Below, piece by piece: positions 25,280-33,973 of a DNA stretch of 64,000 bases. The DNA comes from a virus: IMG/VR virus record IMGVR_UViG_3300005674_000016, positions 4,577 through 68,576 of that record; one strand, 5' to 3'. The notes under the pieces are model-generated. The model ran no database searches and was not told where the DNA came from. It saw nothing but the letters and a program-made list of their open reading frames with translations. Made by a program: the position numbers and the translations under genes. The first letter of the stretch is position 1. Each line of letters starts with the position of its first letter.

Positions 25280-26057
25280 CGCCACCACCGTCGCCACGGC
25301 CCCCGGCCCCGGCCACAACCAGGGTCCGCTGGACCTAAGCCTCGTCCTGAATGCGGACCAGTTGCTGGCCGATCTTCAGGCCGACACCGCTGCGCTGTTC
25401 GCGCGCACCGAGGAGCTGGTCGCCGCCTTCGGCCGGTTTCAGGAGGCCACGAAGGACGGCATCACCACGGACGACACTCTGGCCCGGGCGGGCGATTTCT
25501 CGCGCCAGCTGTCCGCTCACCTGCAGGCGATCGACGCGCGTCGCGTGGCGATCAAGAAGCCGGTCCTCGACGCCCAGCGCACCATCGACGGCTTCTTCAA
25601 GCGCGACCTCTCCGACCCGATCGATGCGGCCAAGACGGCGGTCGGCAAGAAGGCGGATGCCTACGTGCGCGAGAAGCAGCGGCGGGAGGCGGCGGCGGCT
25701 GCCGAGGCTGCCGCGCGCCAGCGCGCGGAGGCGCAGCGCCTGGCCGAGGAAGCCGAGCGGCAGCAGAGCAGCCGTCTGATGGATGCCGCCGTGGATGCCG
25801 AGGCGCAGGCTGCCGCGGTCGAGGCAGCCCCGCCGCCCCCGGTCCAGGTGCGGTCGGACTACGGCACCACGGTCGGGACGCGCAAAGGCCCTTGGAAGGT
25901 GCGGGTGACCGATATCACCAAGGTGCCTGCGCAGTACCTGGCGGTGAACGAGCCGGTTTTGCTGGCCACCGCCAAGACCGACCCGCGCATCGACGCGGGC
26001 GAGCAGCCGATCCCCGGCGTCGAGTTCTACCGCGAGATCAAAGCGTCCATCCGCTGA
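25272..26057 (+). CDS. Coiled-coil protein of the kind found beside phage recombinases (Gp157/Gam-like)
   Basis: GPGHN N-terminus, K.PVLDAQRTIDGFF coil, C-terminal KVP..YL...IPGVEF. Confidence 0.7.
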   Translation: MADATTVATAPGPGHNQGPLDLSLVLNADQLLADLQADTAALFARTEELVAAFGRFQEATKDGITTDDTLARAGDFSRQLSAHLQAIDARRVAIKKPVLDAQRTIDGFFKRDLSDPIDAAKTAVGKKADAYVREKQRREAAAAAEAAARQRAEAQRLAEEAERQQSSRLMDAAVDAEAQAAAVEAAPPPPVQVRSDYGTTVGTRKGPWKVRVTDITKVPAQYLAVNEPVLLATAKTDPRIDAGEQPIPGVEFYREIKASIR

Positions 26058-26091
26058 ACCGCGCCATCGGCGCACAAGGAGCACCCACGAC

Positions 26092-27990
26092 GTGACCGAC
26101 GCTTCCCCCACACCCCCGCAGCCGCCGAGCCGCGCCACAAGCATGCGGCTGGCCGACTGCAAGACCATTGCCGACGCGTTGCAGACCGCGCAGTTCCAGC
26201 GCGCGGTCGCCGACGCGGCCCCGGCGCACATGACCAGCCAGCGCCTGATGGCGACGTTTCGTCAGGCAGCCCGCAACAACCCGGCCTTCAACGAGTGCAA
26301 CCTGATGAGCGTGCTCGGCACGTTCATGACCTGCACCTTCCTGGGCCTCGAGCCGAACACCCCGCTTGGGCAGGCCTACATGATCCCGTTCAAGCGGCGA
26401 CGCTACGACAAAGCCAGCCGGCAGATGGTCGATGACGGCTACGACCTGCAATTGATCATCGGCTACCAGGGATATCTGGACCTCGCCTTTCGCAACCCAC
26501 GTGTCCAGAGCATCGCGGCGCACGCGGTCTACGAGGGCGACGACTTCAGCTTCGAGTACGGCTCCAACGAGCACCTTCAGCACCGACCGAAGGGGCTGCA
26601 CGCCGAGGGCGACGTTCCGCGCTACTTCTACATGTACTCGAAGTTGCAGGGCGGCCAGGCGTTCGAGGTGCTCCCGACCAGCAAGGTCATCCAGATCAGG
26701 AACGGCAGCCAGGGATACCAGGCTGCGCTGGCAGCCAAGGAGCGCGCGGAGAAGGAAGGCTGGCGCATCCCGGCCAGCTACACCGAGGCGCCATGGGTGA
26801 AACACTTCATCGCCATGGGCCAGAAGACGGCGGTGCGGCACGGCTTCAAGTGGCTGCCGAAGACCGTCGAGATGGCGGCGGTGACGCGCATCGAGGATGC
26901 GCAGGACAAGCACCTGATCGACTTCGGTCCGGTGATCGAGGGCAACGTCAACCCGCTGGACGAAGACCTGCCCCCGCTGCACGAGGCGCGCGCAGAGCCG
27001 GGTGCCGCGCACGGCGAGCGCCAGCGCGACGAGGAGGACGACGGCGGGCCAGTGGCGCCGCTCCCCGGCGAGCAGCCCGCAGCCCCTCGTCCCGCGCGCC
27101 AGGAGCCCGCACAGCGCGAGACCAAGCCGCCCCCGGCTTCCCCCGCTCCCACGCGCCCCGCCCCGCCCACGCCCGCGCCCACGCCCGCGGAGCCGGCGTT
27201 CTCCGCGCACCTGGCGGATGCGGCGGGCGAGATCCACGAGGCAGCCGGCGATGGCGGGTTCTTCACGGACCCGGTCGCGTTCGCTGTGGCATACACGACG
27301 CTCTGGCATGGGACGGCTGCCGACCACCGCCAAGCCCTGGGCGAGCACAACGCCGATGCGCTGTCCGAGGCATTCGGCGCATCGCAGCGCGCGCAGGAGA
27401 TCCTGACCGCCCTGCATGCCAAGCAGGATCCGCAGGATCCCGCCGCGACCACGACGCAGCCGGGCAACGTGATGACTGCGGTGGTGGTGGCTACCACCAA
27501 TGGCCGACCCGATTTGAAGGGCTACCTGGATGCGCTGCGGGCTGCCGCTGCCGCGCAGACCGCGGAGTCCTGGGAGGAATGGTCGGCGCTGCAGAGGCCC
27601 ATCATCACCGGGCTGTCCCAGGTGACGCGCCGCGCAGCCGAGAAGATCGTCGCCGACCGCGCGACGGCGCTGGGTGCCGATAAGCCGGCGTCCCCTGCCG
27701 AGCCCGTGGCGCAGGGACCGACCACCGCTCCGACTGCGGATGAACCGGAAGGAGTCGCGCTGCTCACCGGTGAGCAGCTGCCGCCGGCGTCGTGGGGACG
27801 GCATGCGCAGTCCCTGATCGACGACATGGACGCGTGCAAGACCATGCACGACCTGAATGCGCTGGCGAACAACGCGGCCACTGGGGTGAAGCTGCGTCAG
27901 ATCAAGGAGGCAGACCCCGACGAGCATGCGCGCGTGCTGGCCTACGCCGCCGCGCGACGCACGGCGCTGACCCCGAAGGCAGGAGGCTGA
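26092..27990 (+). CDS. recT: RecT family single-strand annealing recombinase with a long C-terminal extension
   Basis: LGLEPN..LGQAY.IPF, QLIIGYQG, VYEGDDF..EYG, PW..HF.AM..KT.VR..FKWLP. Confidence 0.92.
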   Translation: MTDASPTPPQPPSRATSMRLADCKTIADALQTAQFQRAVADAAPAHMTSQRLMATFRQAARNNPAFNECNLMSVLGTFMTCTFLGLEPNTPLGQAYMIPFKRRRYDKASRQMVDDGYDLQLIIGYQGYLDLAFRNPRVQSIAAHAVYEGDDFSFEYGSNEHLQHRPKGLHAEGDVPRYFYMYSKLQGGQAFEVLPTSKVIQIRNGSQGYQAALAAKERAEKEGWRIPASYTEAPWVKHFIAMGQKTAVRHGFKWLPKTVEMAAVTRIEDAQDKHLIDFGPVIEGNVNPLDEDLPPLHEARAEPGAAHGERQRDEEDDGGPVAPLPGEQPAAPRPARQEPAQRETKPPPASPAPTRPAPPTPAPTPAEPAFSAHLADAAGEIHEAAGDGGFFTDPVAFAVAYTTLWHGTAADHRQALGEHNADALSEAFGASQRAQEILTALHAKQDPQDPAATTTQPGNVMTAVVVATTNGRPDLKGYLDALRAAAAAQTAESWEEWSALQRPIITGLSQVTRRAAEKIVADRATALGADKPASPAEPVAQGPTTAPTADEPEGVALLTGEQLPPASWGRHAQSLIDDMDACKTMHDLNALANNAATGVKLRQIKEADPDEHARVLAYAAARRTALTPKAGG

Positions 27991-27991
27991 C

Positions 27992-29623
27992 ATGGCGAAG
28001 CGAGTCACGGCGGCGGCATTGGCTGCGCCGATTGGCGACGCGCCCGCGCCGCTGCCGGTCGAAATGGTCCCGGTCAAAGGGTTGGTGCGGCATCCCCGCA
28101 ACGCGCGCCGCGTCCCCCCCGACGATGGCGAGACGGCCGCCCTGCGCGCATCGGTGCGCGAGGTCGGCGTGCTGATGCCGATCACGCTGGCGCCGATGGA
28201 CGACGGCACCTGGGGCGTGCTGGCCGGCTGGCAACGCGTCAGCGCCGCGCAGGCAGTGCGCCCCGACCTCCTGGTGCCTGCCATACGGGTGGAAGCGCCG
28301 GCAGCCGACCTCGACCGGCTGTCCCTGATGGAGAACACGCTGCGCGCGGGGATGCACCCTCTCGACACCTGGCGCAGCGTCGACACGCTGATGGCGGGGG
28401 GCGCGTCCTTCAAGGCTGCCGCCGCCACGCTCGGGCTCGACGCGCGCGAGGCGCAGCAGATGCGCCTGCTGGCGGCCATCCATCCGAAGCTGCTGGAGGC
28501 CATGCAGGACGAGGAGGAAATCCCCGGCATGTGGATCCTGCGCGACATCGCGCGCGCCGACCACGACCGCCAGCTCGAGGCGATGAAAGCCGCGTGGCAG
28601 GGGAAGGGGAAAAGCCGCACGCTGCACTGGCAGACGCTGGCCGCGGGATGCCGGGTGACTCGGCTGCCGCGCGCATGGGCGGTGTTCGACGTCAAGACGG
28701 CAGGCGTCGACTTCGAGCGCGACTTCTTCGCGGAGCCGGGCAGCAACGACGAATGGACCACGGCAAACGTCGAGGGGTTCATGGCGGCGCAGCGCGCGGC
28801 GCTGGCAGCCCTGGTCGAGGGGCATGAGCACGCCGCCGTGCACGACTACCACCCCGGCTCCTGGGCGCCCGCGGTGCCCCGCGACTGGCTGTCGATTGGC
28901 CGGATGGACAAGGTGCCGAAGGAAGTGCCCCCGCTGCAGCCCGACCAGCGGTTCGTGGTGGCACTCAAGCCCACCGGCGAGCCTGGCGCGTGGATCTACC
29001 GCGTGCCCGAACAGCGCACGCAGGAGGCCGTCACGGGCGCGCGCAGCGACGTGCCGGAAGCGATCGCTCCGACGCGGCTGATCACCGATGCCGGGCTGCA
29101 GATGGCCGCCAGCATGAAGGCCACCGCGCTGCGCGAGGCCCTGGCTAACCTTCACGACTACCCACCGGTCGAGACGATCCCGATCCTGCTGCGCGCGCTG
29201 CTGGAATGCCTCGCCGCCACCAACGTCGTGCCGGGCGGCGCTGACAAGTTCGCGGCTGTCGAAGCCATCGCCGACGCCACGCCAGATGGCGGCGAGCCGG
29301 ATCCCCTGCGGCTGGTGCGCATCGCCACTGACGCCATCGCCACGATGCTGATCTTCCCCGCGCCGAAAATCGCGTCCAGCGGTCCGATCGCCGACGAGAT
29401 CGCGCATAGCCTGGATGCTGCGCGATTTCTGCCGCGCTGCGACACCCCCGACTTCCTGGCGCAATGCACCGGCGCGCTGCTCCGCGACGCGGCAGCACTG
29501 GTGGAGTTGAAGCCCGGCGAGAAGGTGCCGAAGGCCGTCAGCGCGCTGCGCGAGTGGCTGGTGGGTCGGCTGCCCGATTGGCGGCCGGTGGCGTTCGACG
29601 TGCAGGAGCGCGGCAATGCCTGA
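27992..29623 (+). CDS. ParB/Spo0J-like protein
   Basis: HPRNARR, L.ASV..VGVL.PI, V.AG..R, SL.EN..R..MHP.D. Confidence 0.85.
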   Translation: MAKRVTAAALAAPIGDAPAPLPVEMVPVKGLVRHPRNARRVPPDDGETAALRASVREVGVLMPITLAPMDDGTWGVLAGWQRVSAAQAVRPDLLVPAIRVEAPAADLDRLSLMENTLRAGMHPLDTWRSVDTLMAGGASFKAAAATLGLDAREAQQMRLLAAIHPKLLEAMQDEEEIPGMWILRDIARADHDRQLEAMKAAWQGKGKSRTLHWQTLAAGCRVTRLPRAWAVFDVKTAGVDFERDFFAEPGSNDEWTTANVEGFMAAQRAALAALVEGHEHAAVHDYHPGSWAPAVPRDWLSIGRMDKVPKEVPPLQPDQRFVVALKPTGEPGAWIYRVPEQRTQEAVTGARSDVPEAIAPTRLITDAGLQMAASMKATALREALANLHDYPPVETIPILLRALLECLAATNVVPGGADKFAAVEAIADATPDGGEPDPLRLVRIATDAIATMLIFPAPKIASSGPIADEIAHSLDAARFLPRCDTPDFLAQCTGALLRDAAALVELKPGEKVPKAVSALREWLVGRLPDWRPVAFDVQERGNA

Positions 29624-30260
29624 ATGGAACGGCGAAACCATCGCCACGCTGCGGAAGCTGTGGGTCGAAGGACTGTCGATTCGGGAGATCGAAAAACGAA
29701 CGGGATGGTCCAAAAACGCCATTGTCGGCAAGGCGCATCGACTCGACTTGCCTGCGCGTCCGTCCCCGATCAAGCGCGGCGAGCCCGGCGCGGAACCGAA
29801 GCCGCAGCCGCAGCCGCCGAAGCGAGCGGGGAAGTCCACTCTGCCGCCACTGCCACCGCTGCCGCCCGCGCCGCCGTCGCCAGCCCCACTGCCGCCACCC
29901 GTGCATCACCCCCCCCCACCCGCGCCCGACAACCCCGTGGCGCCCCCGCTGCGCTGGCGCGGCCGCATCGAGGAATGTTGCTGGCCGATCGGAGAGCCTG
30001 GCAGCCGCGGATTCCGCTACTGCGACGCGCCGACCGAGCCTGGACGCCCCTACTGCAGCGAGCACTTCAACCTGTCGCGCTTGTCTCGCAAGACGCTCGA
30101 ACGCGAGATCGTGCCGGTGCGCGAGGTCGAATCCTACGCGGGCCAGCATCGGGTGGTGGTGCCTCCCGCCACCGGGCTGTCGGGACTGGTGGCCGCGGTC
30201 AACAAGCACCGACGCGCCAAGGGGCTTGTCCCCTTCGCTGTGCGCCAGGGGGTGGGCTGA
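29616..30260 (+). CDS. gcrA: GcrA-like cell-cycle regulator / sigma70 cofactor
   Basis: W..E.I..LRKLW.EGLS..EI.....SKNAIVGKAHRL.L..RPSPI; C.WPIGEP....F.YC......PYC.EH. Confidence 0.92.
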   Translation: MPEWNGETIATLRKLWVEGLSIREIEKRTGWSKNAIVGKAHRLDLPARPSPIKRGEPGAEPKPQPQPPKRAGKSTLPPLPPLPPAPPSPAPLPPPVHHPPPPAPDNPVAPPLRWRGRIEECCWPIGEPGSRGFRYCDAPTEPGRPYCSEHFNLSRLSRKTLEREIVPVREVESYAGQHRVVVPPATGLSGLVAAVNKHRRAKGLVPFAVRQGVG

Positions 30261-30760
30261 TGGATGCGGCACAGAAGCGGCTGGCGCGCACGAAGCTCTG
30301 GCGCGACCAGCCGTGTCCGTACTGCGGCATCGGCATGTGGTGGCCCAGCAAGGATGCCACCCGCGACTCATCGCGCGAGGCCACGCTCGACCACATCGTG
30401 CCGCGGTCTTGGGGCGGCAGCCACGCCGTCGAGAACCTGCGGCTGTGCTGCAAGCTGTGCAACGCCGGGCGCGCGGTGACGGGCGACTGCCCGGCTGCTC
30501 TGGCCTGCGTGCGCGCAGTCATCGGGCGGCGACCGCTCGGCGTGATCGCGGAGATCTGGTGCGCATGGACCGGACGACGCACCAGGCGAGCAAAGCAGGC
30601 TGCACGACGACGCGAGAAGAAGAAGCGCCAGCGCGCAGCCGGATCGCTAACTCCACCATCACCAAGGGATTCGCAGCATGAGCGGACCATCGACTATCCC
30701 CACCATCACAATCTGGCAGCCGTGGGCCACCCTGATTGCGGAGGGTGCCAAGCGGTTTGA
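30260..30760 (+). CDS. HNH endonuclease
   Basis: CPYCG...ATLDHIVPRS.GG....NL..CC..CN. Confidence 0.85.
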   Translation: MDAAQKRLARTKLWRDQPCPYCGIGMWWPSKDATRDSSREATLDHIVPRSWGGSHAVENLRLCCKLCNAGRAVTGDCPAALACVRAVIGRRPLGVIAEIWCAWTGRRTRRAKQAARRREKKKRQRAAGSLTPPSPRDSQHERTIDYPHHHNLAAVGHPDCGGCQAV

Positions 30761-31175
30761 ATTTCGATCGTGGTGTCCACCGGCTCGCTTGTGGAACACG
30801 CGCATCGGGATCCACGCTGGAGCGCGACCGACGCGCAAGGATGAATTGAAAGGCATGCTCCTGGCGCTGCAGCACGGCGAAGCGTCCTGGATGGCCATGC
30901 AGCCTGCGATCGCGATCCCGATCCTAGAGCGCGCATTGCAATCTCCAACGGTGCTGCCTCTGTCGTCTGTGGTCTGCACTGCGCTGATGGGCAAGCCGAA
31001 GGTCAACGCCGACCTGGCCGCGGCCCTGGGCGTGGATTTCGTCAACGACTCCGACCGCAATCAGCACAGCAATTGGGGCTGGCCGCTGTCGGACGTGCAG
31101 CGCCTCGAGCCGCCGGTGCCTGCCCGCGGGTCGCAGGGCTGGTGGAACTGGAACCCGGGAGCCTCCCATGGCTGA
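30678..31175 (+). CDS. ASCH domain protein
   Basis: ITIWQPWA.LI..G.K..E.RSW...IHAG; P.PARG.QG.W. Confidence 0.88.
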   Translation: MSGPSTIPTITIWQPWATLIAEGAKRFEFRSWCPPARLWNTRIGIHAGARPTRKDELKGMLLALQHGEASWMAMQPAIAIPILERALQSPTVLPLSSVVCTALMGKPKVNADLAAALGVDFVNDSDRNQHSNWGWPLSDVQRLEPPVPARGSQGWWNWNPGASHG

Positions 31176-32088
31176 GCACAGCACCATCGAGTGGACCGAC
31201 CACACCTTCAACCCGTGGGTGGGCTGCACCAAGATAAGTCCCGCTTGCGATCACTGCTACGCCGAGGGCTGGGCCAAGCGTACAGGGCAGGCACACCTCT
31301 GGACCGGCGATCGCCGCCGCACCAGCGAAGCCTATTGGCAGGGGCCGCACAAATGGAATGCGCGGGCCGAGCGCGAGGGACGGCGCTACCGCGTGTTCTG
31401 CGCCAGTCTCGCCGACGTGTTCGACAACCAGGTGCCGCCCGAATGGCGCGCCGACCTATTCGACCTGATCGCAGCGACGACGCATCTGGATTGGCTGCTG
31501 CTGACCAAACGTCCGCAGAACATCCTCAAGATGCTGCCTGATTGGTGGTGTGCTGGCAGTCACATGGGGCCGCCGTGGAACGTGTGGCTGGGCACGACGG
31601 TGGAGAACCAAGCGGAAGCCGACCGCCGCATCCCGCACCTGCTGTCGGTGCCGGCGAAGGTGCACTTCCTGTCGTGCGAGCCGCTGCTGGGGCCGGTGGA
31701 CCTGGACTGCGTTCCTTGGCCTCCGGGCTGGGATCGGGGCGTGGATGACATCAGCGACGGCATCGACCCGCTTGGTTACATGCCAGGCCCTCGCATCGGC
31801 TGGGTCATCGCCGGCGGCGAGAGCGGCCCCAACGCGCGGCCGATGCACCCCGATTGGGCCAGGAGCCTGCGCGACCAGTGCGCGGCGGCTGGGGTGCCGT
31901 TCTTCATGAAGCAATGGGGGGAGTGGGCGCCGACTTCACCGCCGGAAGGACATTGGCACGGCAGGGCAGCGGAAGCCGATCCGAAGCGGTTCCTGTGGGC
32001 CGATGGTTCATGGAGCCGAGCCATCGGCAAGGCCCGCGCTGGCCGCCTGCTCGACGGCGTGGAGCACAACGGGATGCCGGGCCAATGA
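31168..32088 (+). CDS. DUF5131 (phage Gp37/Gp68) protein
   Basis: IEWTDHT.NPW.GC.K.SPACDHCYA, VFCASLADVFD, LLTKRP, FLSCEPLLG, WVI.GGESG, PFFMKQWG. Confidence 0.93.
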   Translation: MAEHSTIEWTDHTFNPWVGCTKISPACDHCYAEGWAKRTGQAHLWTGDRRRTSEAYWQGPHKWNARAEREGRRYRVFCASLADVFDNQVPPEWRADLFDLIAATTHLDWLLLTKRPQNILKMLPDWWCAGSHMGPPWNVWLGTTVENQAEADRRIPHLLSVPAKVHFLSCEPLLGPVDLDCVPWPPGWDRGVDDISDGIDPLGYMPGPRIGWVIAGGESGPNARPMHPDWARSLRDQCAAAGVPFFMKQWGEWAPTSPPEGHWHGRAAEADPKRFLWADGSWSRAIGKARAGRLLDGVEHNGMPGQ

Positions 32089-32663
32089 GCGCGCAGGCAT
32101 ATCCCCTGGCGTGGCCGCCCGGCTGGCCACGCACCCAGGTCCGCAGCAAAGGCGCATACCGCACCAGCATGGCCGGTGCGCTGAAGAACCTGCGCACTCA
32201 GCTGCGGCTGCTGTGCGGCGACAAGGCGGTGGGCACGCTGGTGCTGAGCAGCAACGTCAGCCTGGGGGTCGACAACCCCAAGGATCCTGGCGTCGTGGCG
32301 TACTTCACCTGGGACGGCGATGCCTTCGCTATACCCAACGACCGGTGGCTTCTGCCCGAGCACAACGTGCAGGCGATCGCGCTGACGATCGAGGCGATGC
32401 GCGCCATGGAGCGGCACGGCTCCAAGCACATGATCAAAGCCAGCTTCCGCGGGTTCACCGCCCTGCCAGCGGCGACGGCCGGCCAGCGGCACTGGCGGGA
32501 GGTGCTCGGATTGCCGCAGGGGTGGGTGCCCACGCGACGCCACCTGGAGGAAGTGCGACGCCAGCTTGCCCTGGCCAACCATCCCGACCGGGGCGGAAGC
32601 GAAGCCCGCATGTCCGAGATCAACGCGGCCTTCGACCAGGCCGTGAAGGAGCTCGGGCTGTGA
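32085..32663 (+). CDS. Phage J-domain protein
   Basis: AYPL.WP.GWPRT N-terminus; C-terminal W..VLG...HPDRGGS...M..IN.A. Confidence 0.9.
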   Translation: MSAQAYPLAWPPGWPRTQVRSKGAYRTSMAGALKNLRTQLRLLCGDKAVGTLVLSSNVSLGVDNPKDPGVVAYFTWDGDAFAIPNDRWLLPEHNVQAIALTIEAMRAMERHGSKHMIKASFRGFTALPAATAGQRHWREVLGLPQGWVPTRRHLEEVRRQLALANHPDRGGSEARMSEINAAFDQAVKELGL

Positions 32664-33064
32664 GCCGCCGCAAGATCACCGACGAGCAGGTGGCCCAGGC
32701 GATCGCATGGCGCGAGGCGGGGCGGTCGGTGCAGTGGATCGCCAACCGCCTAGGCGCCGTGTCGAAGGGCGCGCTCTCCTGGCTGTTCCTGAAGGAAGGG
32801 GTCGAGAGCCCGCGCACCGCCGGCAAGGTGATGGAGTTGCGGGGCAAGAACGCGGCCGGCTCGGTGGTGCGACGCGGCGATCACGAGGTGCGCCGGTTCA
32901 GCGCGCAGGAGGATGCGGAGCTGCTGCGCCTGGCGCGCGAAGGGCTGGGCAACAGCGCGATCGGCCGCGCCCTGGTGCCGCGCCGCGCGCCGAACGTGGT
33001 CGCCGGGAGGCTGATGACCCTGGCGCGCCGCGACGCACGCCGCGAAGAGGCGCACACGCCATGA
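32660..33064 (+). CDS. Tandem HTH/Myb-like protein
   Basis: ITDEQV..A..WR.AG.S...IA..LG and RFS..ED..LL.L..EG.....IGR.L. Confidence 0.75.
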   Translation: MSRRKITDEQVAQAIAWREAGRSVQWIANRLGAVSKGALSWLFLKEGVESPRTAGKVMELRGKNAAGSVVRRGDHEVRRFSAQEDAELLRLAREGLGNSAIGRALVPRRAPNVVAGRLMTLARRDARREEAHTP

Positions 33065-33458
33065 CCGAGCGCCCCTGGGTCTTTGCTCCTGGCATGCAGT
33101 GCCCGGCCACAATGTGCCCGCTGGTGGCGCCCAACGGCTCGCCGTGGACCGGCGAATATGCCGGCGCCTGCCCTGGCCACGACGATCTCGATGCCGGGGG
33201 ATGCCCGTGGTGGAGCGGTGGCTGCTCGACCGGCGGCGTGCAGGGCCAGGTGGAGGAAGCCGCGGCGGCTGGTGGCCGCGCGATGATCCTTGGCCCGAAC
33301 CGCCCGCGCCGCGCCGGATTCGGCGAAGCCAAGACCTACGACTGCCCGCACGCCGAGGTGTGCCGCTGCAGGAGATCGCGGCGGCCGAGGGGCGCGCGCT
33401 CTGCCCGCCTCGCGATGCCCTGGCGCGCGGGATGGATCCGCGCGTGACCCTGTTCTGA
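33061..33458 (+). pseudogene. Cys-rich protein with an apparent 1-nt frameshift near 33368
   Basis: Frame 1 reads ...YDCPHAEVCR; the other frame continues QEIAAAEGRALCPPRDALARGMDPRVTLF. Inserting one G restores TGG (Trp). Confidence 0.55.
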
Positions 33459-33476
33459 CCCGGGAAGGAGATCCCC

Positions 33477-33779
33477 ATGAACGACACCACGCAGCAGCCC
33501 GAGGAATGGGCCAAGGTCGAGATCTTCGGCCACCGCCAACACGTCGGTCGCATCAGCGAGGTGGAGCGGTTCGGCACGAAGATGCTGCGCATCGACGAGC
33601 CCACGGCCGATCCCGATGTGTTCACCACGCACTTCTATGGCGGCGCCAGCGTGTTCTCGATCTTGCCCGTGACCGAGCAGGCCGCGCGCGAGTGGGTGGC
33701 ACGGTACCGGTACGTGCCGCTGCCGCGCCCTGCCCTCAGCGTCGAGGGCGGCGATCTGGACGACGATCGGCCGTTCTGA
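33477..33779 (+). CDS. Conserved phage protein with an SSB-like acidic tail
   Basis: WA.VE.FGH....G...EVE.FG..MLRID.P; ends DLDDDRPF; AAGGAG RBS. Confidence 0.8.
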   Translation: MNDTTQQPEEWAKVEIFGHRQHVGRISEVERFGTKMLRIDEPTADPDVFTTHFYGGASVFSILPVTEQAAREWVARYRYVPLPRPALSVEGGDLDDDRPF

Positions 33780-33973
33780 TGCCCGACAACCCCACCGGCC
33801 CGATCCGCCACTATGCGCCCGGCTACCGGCCGCCGCCGAGGGCTGGCAGCCGCAACCCACCGCAGGTGCAGAACCCGCCCTATCCCAACCGCAACGCCAA
33901 GAACCGGGCCAAGCGCGCGCGTCGCCGCGCGCGTCTCCTGGCCGCAGCACAGCAACAGGACCAGCAGCCATGA
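33779..33973 (+). CDS. 64-aa Pro/Arg-rich peptide with an arginine-rich motif
   Basis: TGATG and ATGA coupling on both sides; NRNAKNRAKRARRRAR. Confidence 0.6.
   Translation: MPDNPTGPIRHYAPGYRPPPRAGSRNPPQVQNPPYPNRNAKNRAKRARRRARLLAAAQQQDQQP

Noticed and set aside
27992-29623. ParABS plasmid-prophage partition system
   Set aside because: No ParA Walker ATPase or parS-like array was found; the ParB-like gene sits in the recombination operon.
29810-29950. CCG-rich tandem repeats in gcrA (also in recT at about 27060-27190)
   Set aside because: Explained by proline-rich protein linkers.
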